A stretch of DNA of 64,000 nucleotides from Lama glama (taxonomy: Eukaryota). This document shows, piece after piece, positions 62,530 to 64,000 of the stretch. The notes beneath the pieces were generated by a model, which had not been told where the DNA came from, searched no databases, and saw only the letters and a program-made list of their open reading frames with translations. The stretch covers positions 15,750,001 through 15,814,000 of the forward strand of contig CM052816.1 in assembly GCA_028534125.1 (NCBI GenBank). The letters run 5' to 3'. The translations under genes were made by a program, and so were the position numbers. Numbering within the stretch: position 1 is the stretch's first letter; each line of letters begins with the position of its first letter.

Positions 62530-63162
62530 GCTTTCAGCAAGCCAAGCTTGGGTCCGCTTGCCCAACAGGCAGCAAAGCCAACCTACTAAACCCGGTTGCA
62601 GTGAAGGAAAGGAGAAAGAAAGGAGAAGGAAAAGACAGCGTTTGTGGCAAGGTATCAAGCAAAGAGTACAAGCCGCTCACGGGAGGGGCTTTTAAAGAAT
62701 CTGTGAGGGTGAGCGTCACGAGGTGCGTGATCAGCTCATGCTCAGTTCTCTGATTGGCTGACGGCGAGGTAACAGGGTGATGGTTCAGGAATCCCAATCA
62801 TCAACTCCTGGTTCCAATCAGTCTGGGGTCCACGTGCTGGTGGTCAGCACGAAGTTAAGGTTTTCCACCTGGTGGGAGTTTCAGTGTCTGCAGAGCAACA
62901 CAAGGATATGGCTCAGGATATGATGTATGGCCCTTGAGGAGAAACTGAAAGTCCTTGACTTTGTTTTACGGCAAAACTGCAATTACTTTGTCTTGTTTGT
63001 CTGTTTTCCTTTGTTTCTGCATTTTCTCACTTCTCTGATTAAATCTGCTCTTTGGAACTCGAGAAAAGCCTAGGAGGCTAAAGCTTTTCTACAAACTAGA
63101 CCTGCTGGGGTCACCAGAGGGTCTTTCCCAGCAAAGACCCTGCAGGGTCCTGCTCAGTTTCA
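62530..63162. mobile_element. Solo LTR-like element (ERV1-class, MER39/MER34-like by recollection)
   Basis: Starts ccaagcttgggtccgcttgccc...aaagccaa...gtgaaggaaagg, contains ctgattggctga, and ends cctgctcagtttca. About 630 bp. No convincing TSD seen; family uncertain. Confidence 0.55.
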
Positions 63163-64000
63163 TGCAGAGTAGACTGATACTGATATGCCTTCTGCCACCC
63201 CCACCTCATATGTCGCTGTGCTGCCTGGTCGCAGTAACAAGGAATTCTCTCTGCAGCCGACCAGAGCCATACTCAGGCCCCTTCACCACTGGGGTCAGGC
63301 AGCCGGGCCAGAATGGGAAAACACATTTGCAGAGCCCTCACCTGCTGCTGAAGCCCTGTTTGAGGATGTCAGGCTGCGCGTGGGGCTGGGCAGAGAGCGT
63401 GTGCACATGTGTGCTGGTGTGTTTGAGAGAGGGAAACAAGTTCTCAGGAAGCTGGCCTTTAGGTCTGGCCAGAGCTTGTTTTGGTTTGATTTTCAGTGAT
63501 GGGGGCGAGTGGGGAAGGGGAGTTGAGGAAAAGCAGGCCCAGGGGCATTGGTTTTCATTGGAGACCAGAGATCAGAGACATCTATGCAGCTAAATGTTGG
63601 GGGGCCAGGGAGGAGTTTGCTGGAATCAAGGGGTAACTGGTGACTCTCTCCAGGCCCTCTCTGGTCTGAGTCCCCATCCAGGACTTTATTCCCTTCCTTT
63701 CTTCCACTTATGAGGTTGGAGCTTTCTGGTTTGCAAACTTTGATGAGAAAAATATGAGCACTGTGGCCGAAGGATGAGGCCATAACTGTGTTTTTGGGGG
63801 GATGGGAGCAGTTCCTTCAGGTGCCTGGTGGAGGTGGAACAGCAGAAAGCCTCAGCCTGGCCTGGACTCCATTTGGGGCCCAGCAGTTTGCTGGCCTGCA
63901 AGGTGGGACCCTGTCACCCAGCCTTCAGAGCACACTAGGTCCCTGCTCGACCCACCACCCACCTCCTCCTCTCCAAGGAGGACAGCTGGGTCCCATGAGG

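Noticed and set aside
62369..64000. Downstream NRG2 linker/transmembrane exons
   Set aside because: I found no sequence encoding HLGFELK or AEELYQKRVLTITG in the remaining window; they presumably lie beyond 64000.
1..64000. CRISPR arrays, operons or other prokaryote/phage-type systems
   Set aside because: The sequence is intron-rich mammalian DNA with no regularly spaced repeat-spacer array and no dense ORF organisation.

Overview
Mammalian genomic DNA, very probably camelid (a camelid-type tRNA-derived SINE and camelid-like L1 3' ends are present). The whole window lies inside the NRG2 (neuregulin-2) gene on the + strand. The first ~41 kb is intron upstream of the Ig exons and contains an internal CpG-island/TATA promoter with a short, very basic alternative first exon (24276-24372). 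It is followed by two Ig-domain exons (41220-41391, 47668-47786), the common EGF exon (55907-56027) and the alternative alpha (61860-61936) and beta (62310-62368) EGF exons. All splice phases were checked by hand and join in frame. The canonical long first exon and the transmembrane/cytoplasmic exons lie outside the window. The rest is intron with L1, L2, MIR, MER5-like and LTR-like repeats. The most notable observations are: an in-frame alternative terminal exon with its own poly(A) signal in the intron after the EGF exon; candidate microexons and a hairpin just downstream of it; an AT-rich island that translates like a non-mammalian-type L1 ORF2 relic; a tailless U2 snRNA retrocopy with a 15-bp TSD; and nested, split and micro-inverted L1 copies. 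There is no prokaryotic-type system (CRISPR, operon), and nearly all ORFs in the supplied track are chance ORFs. Comparisons with known proteins and repeat consensuses are from memory and were not run as searches.
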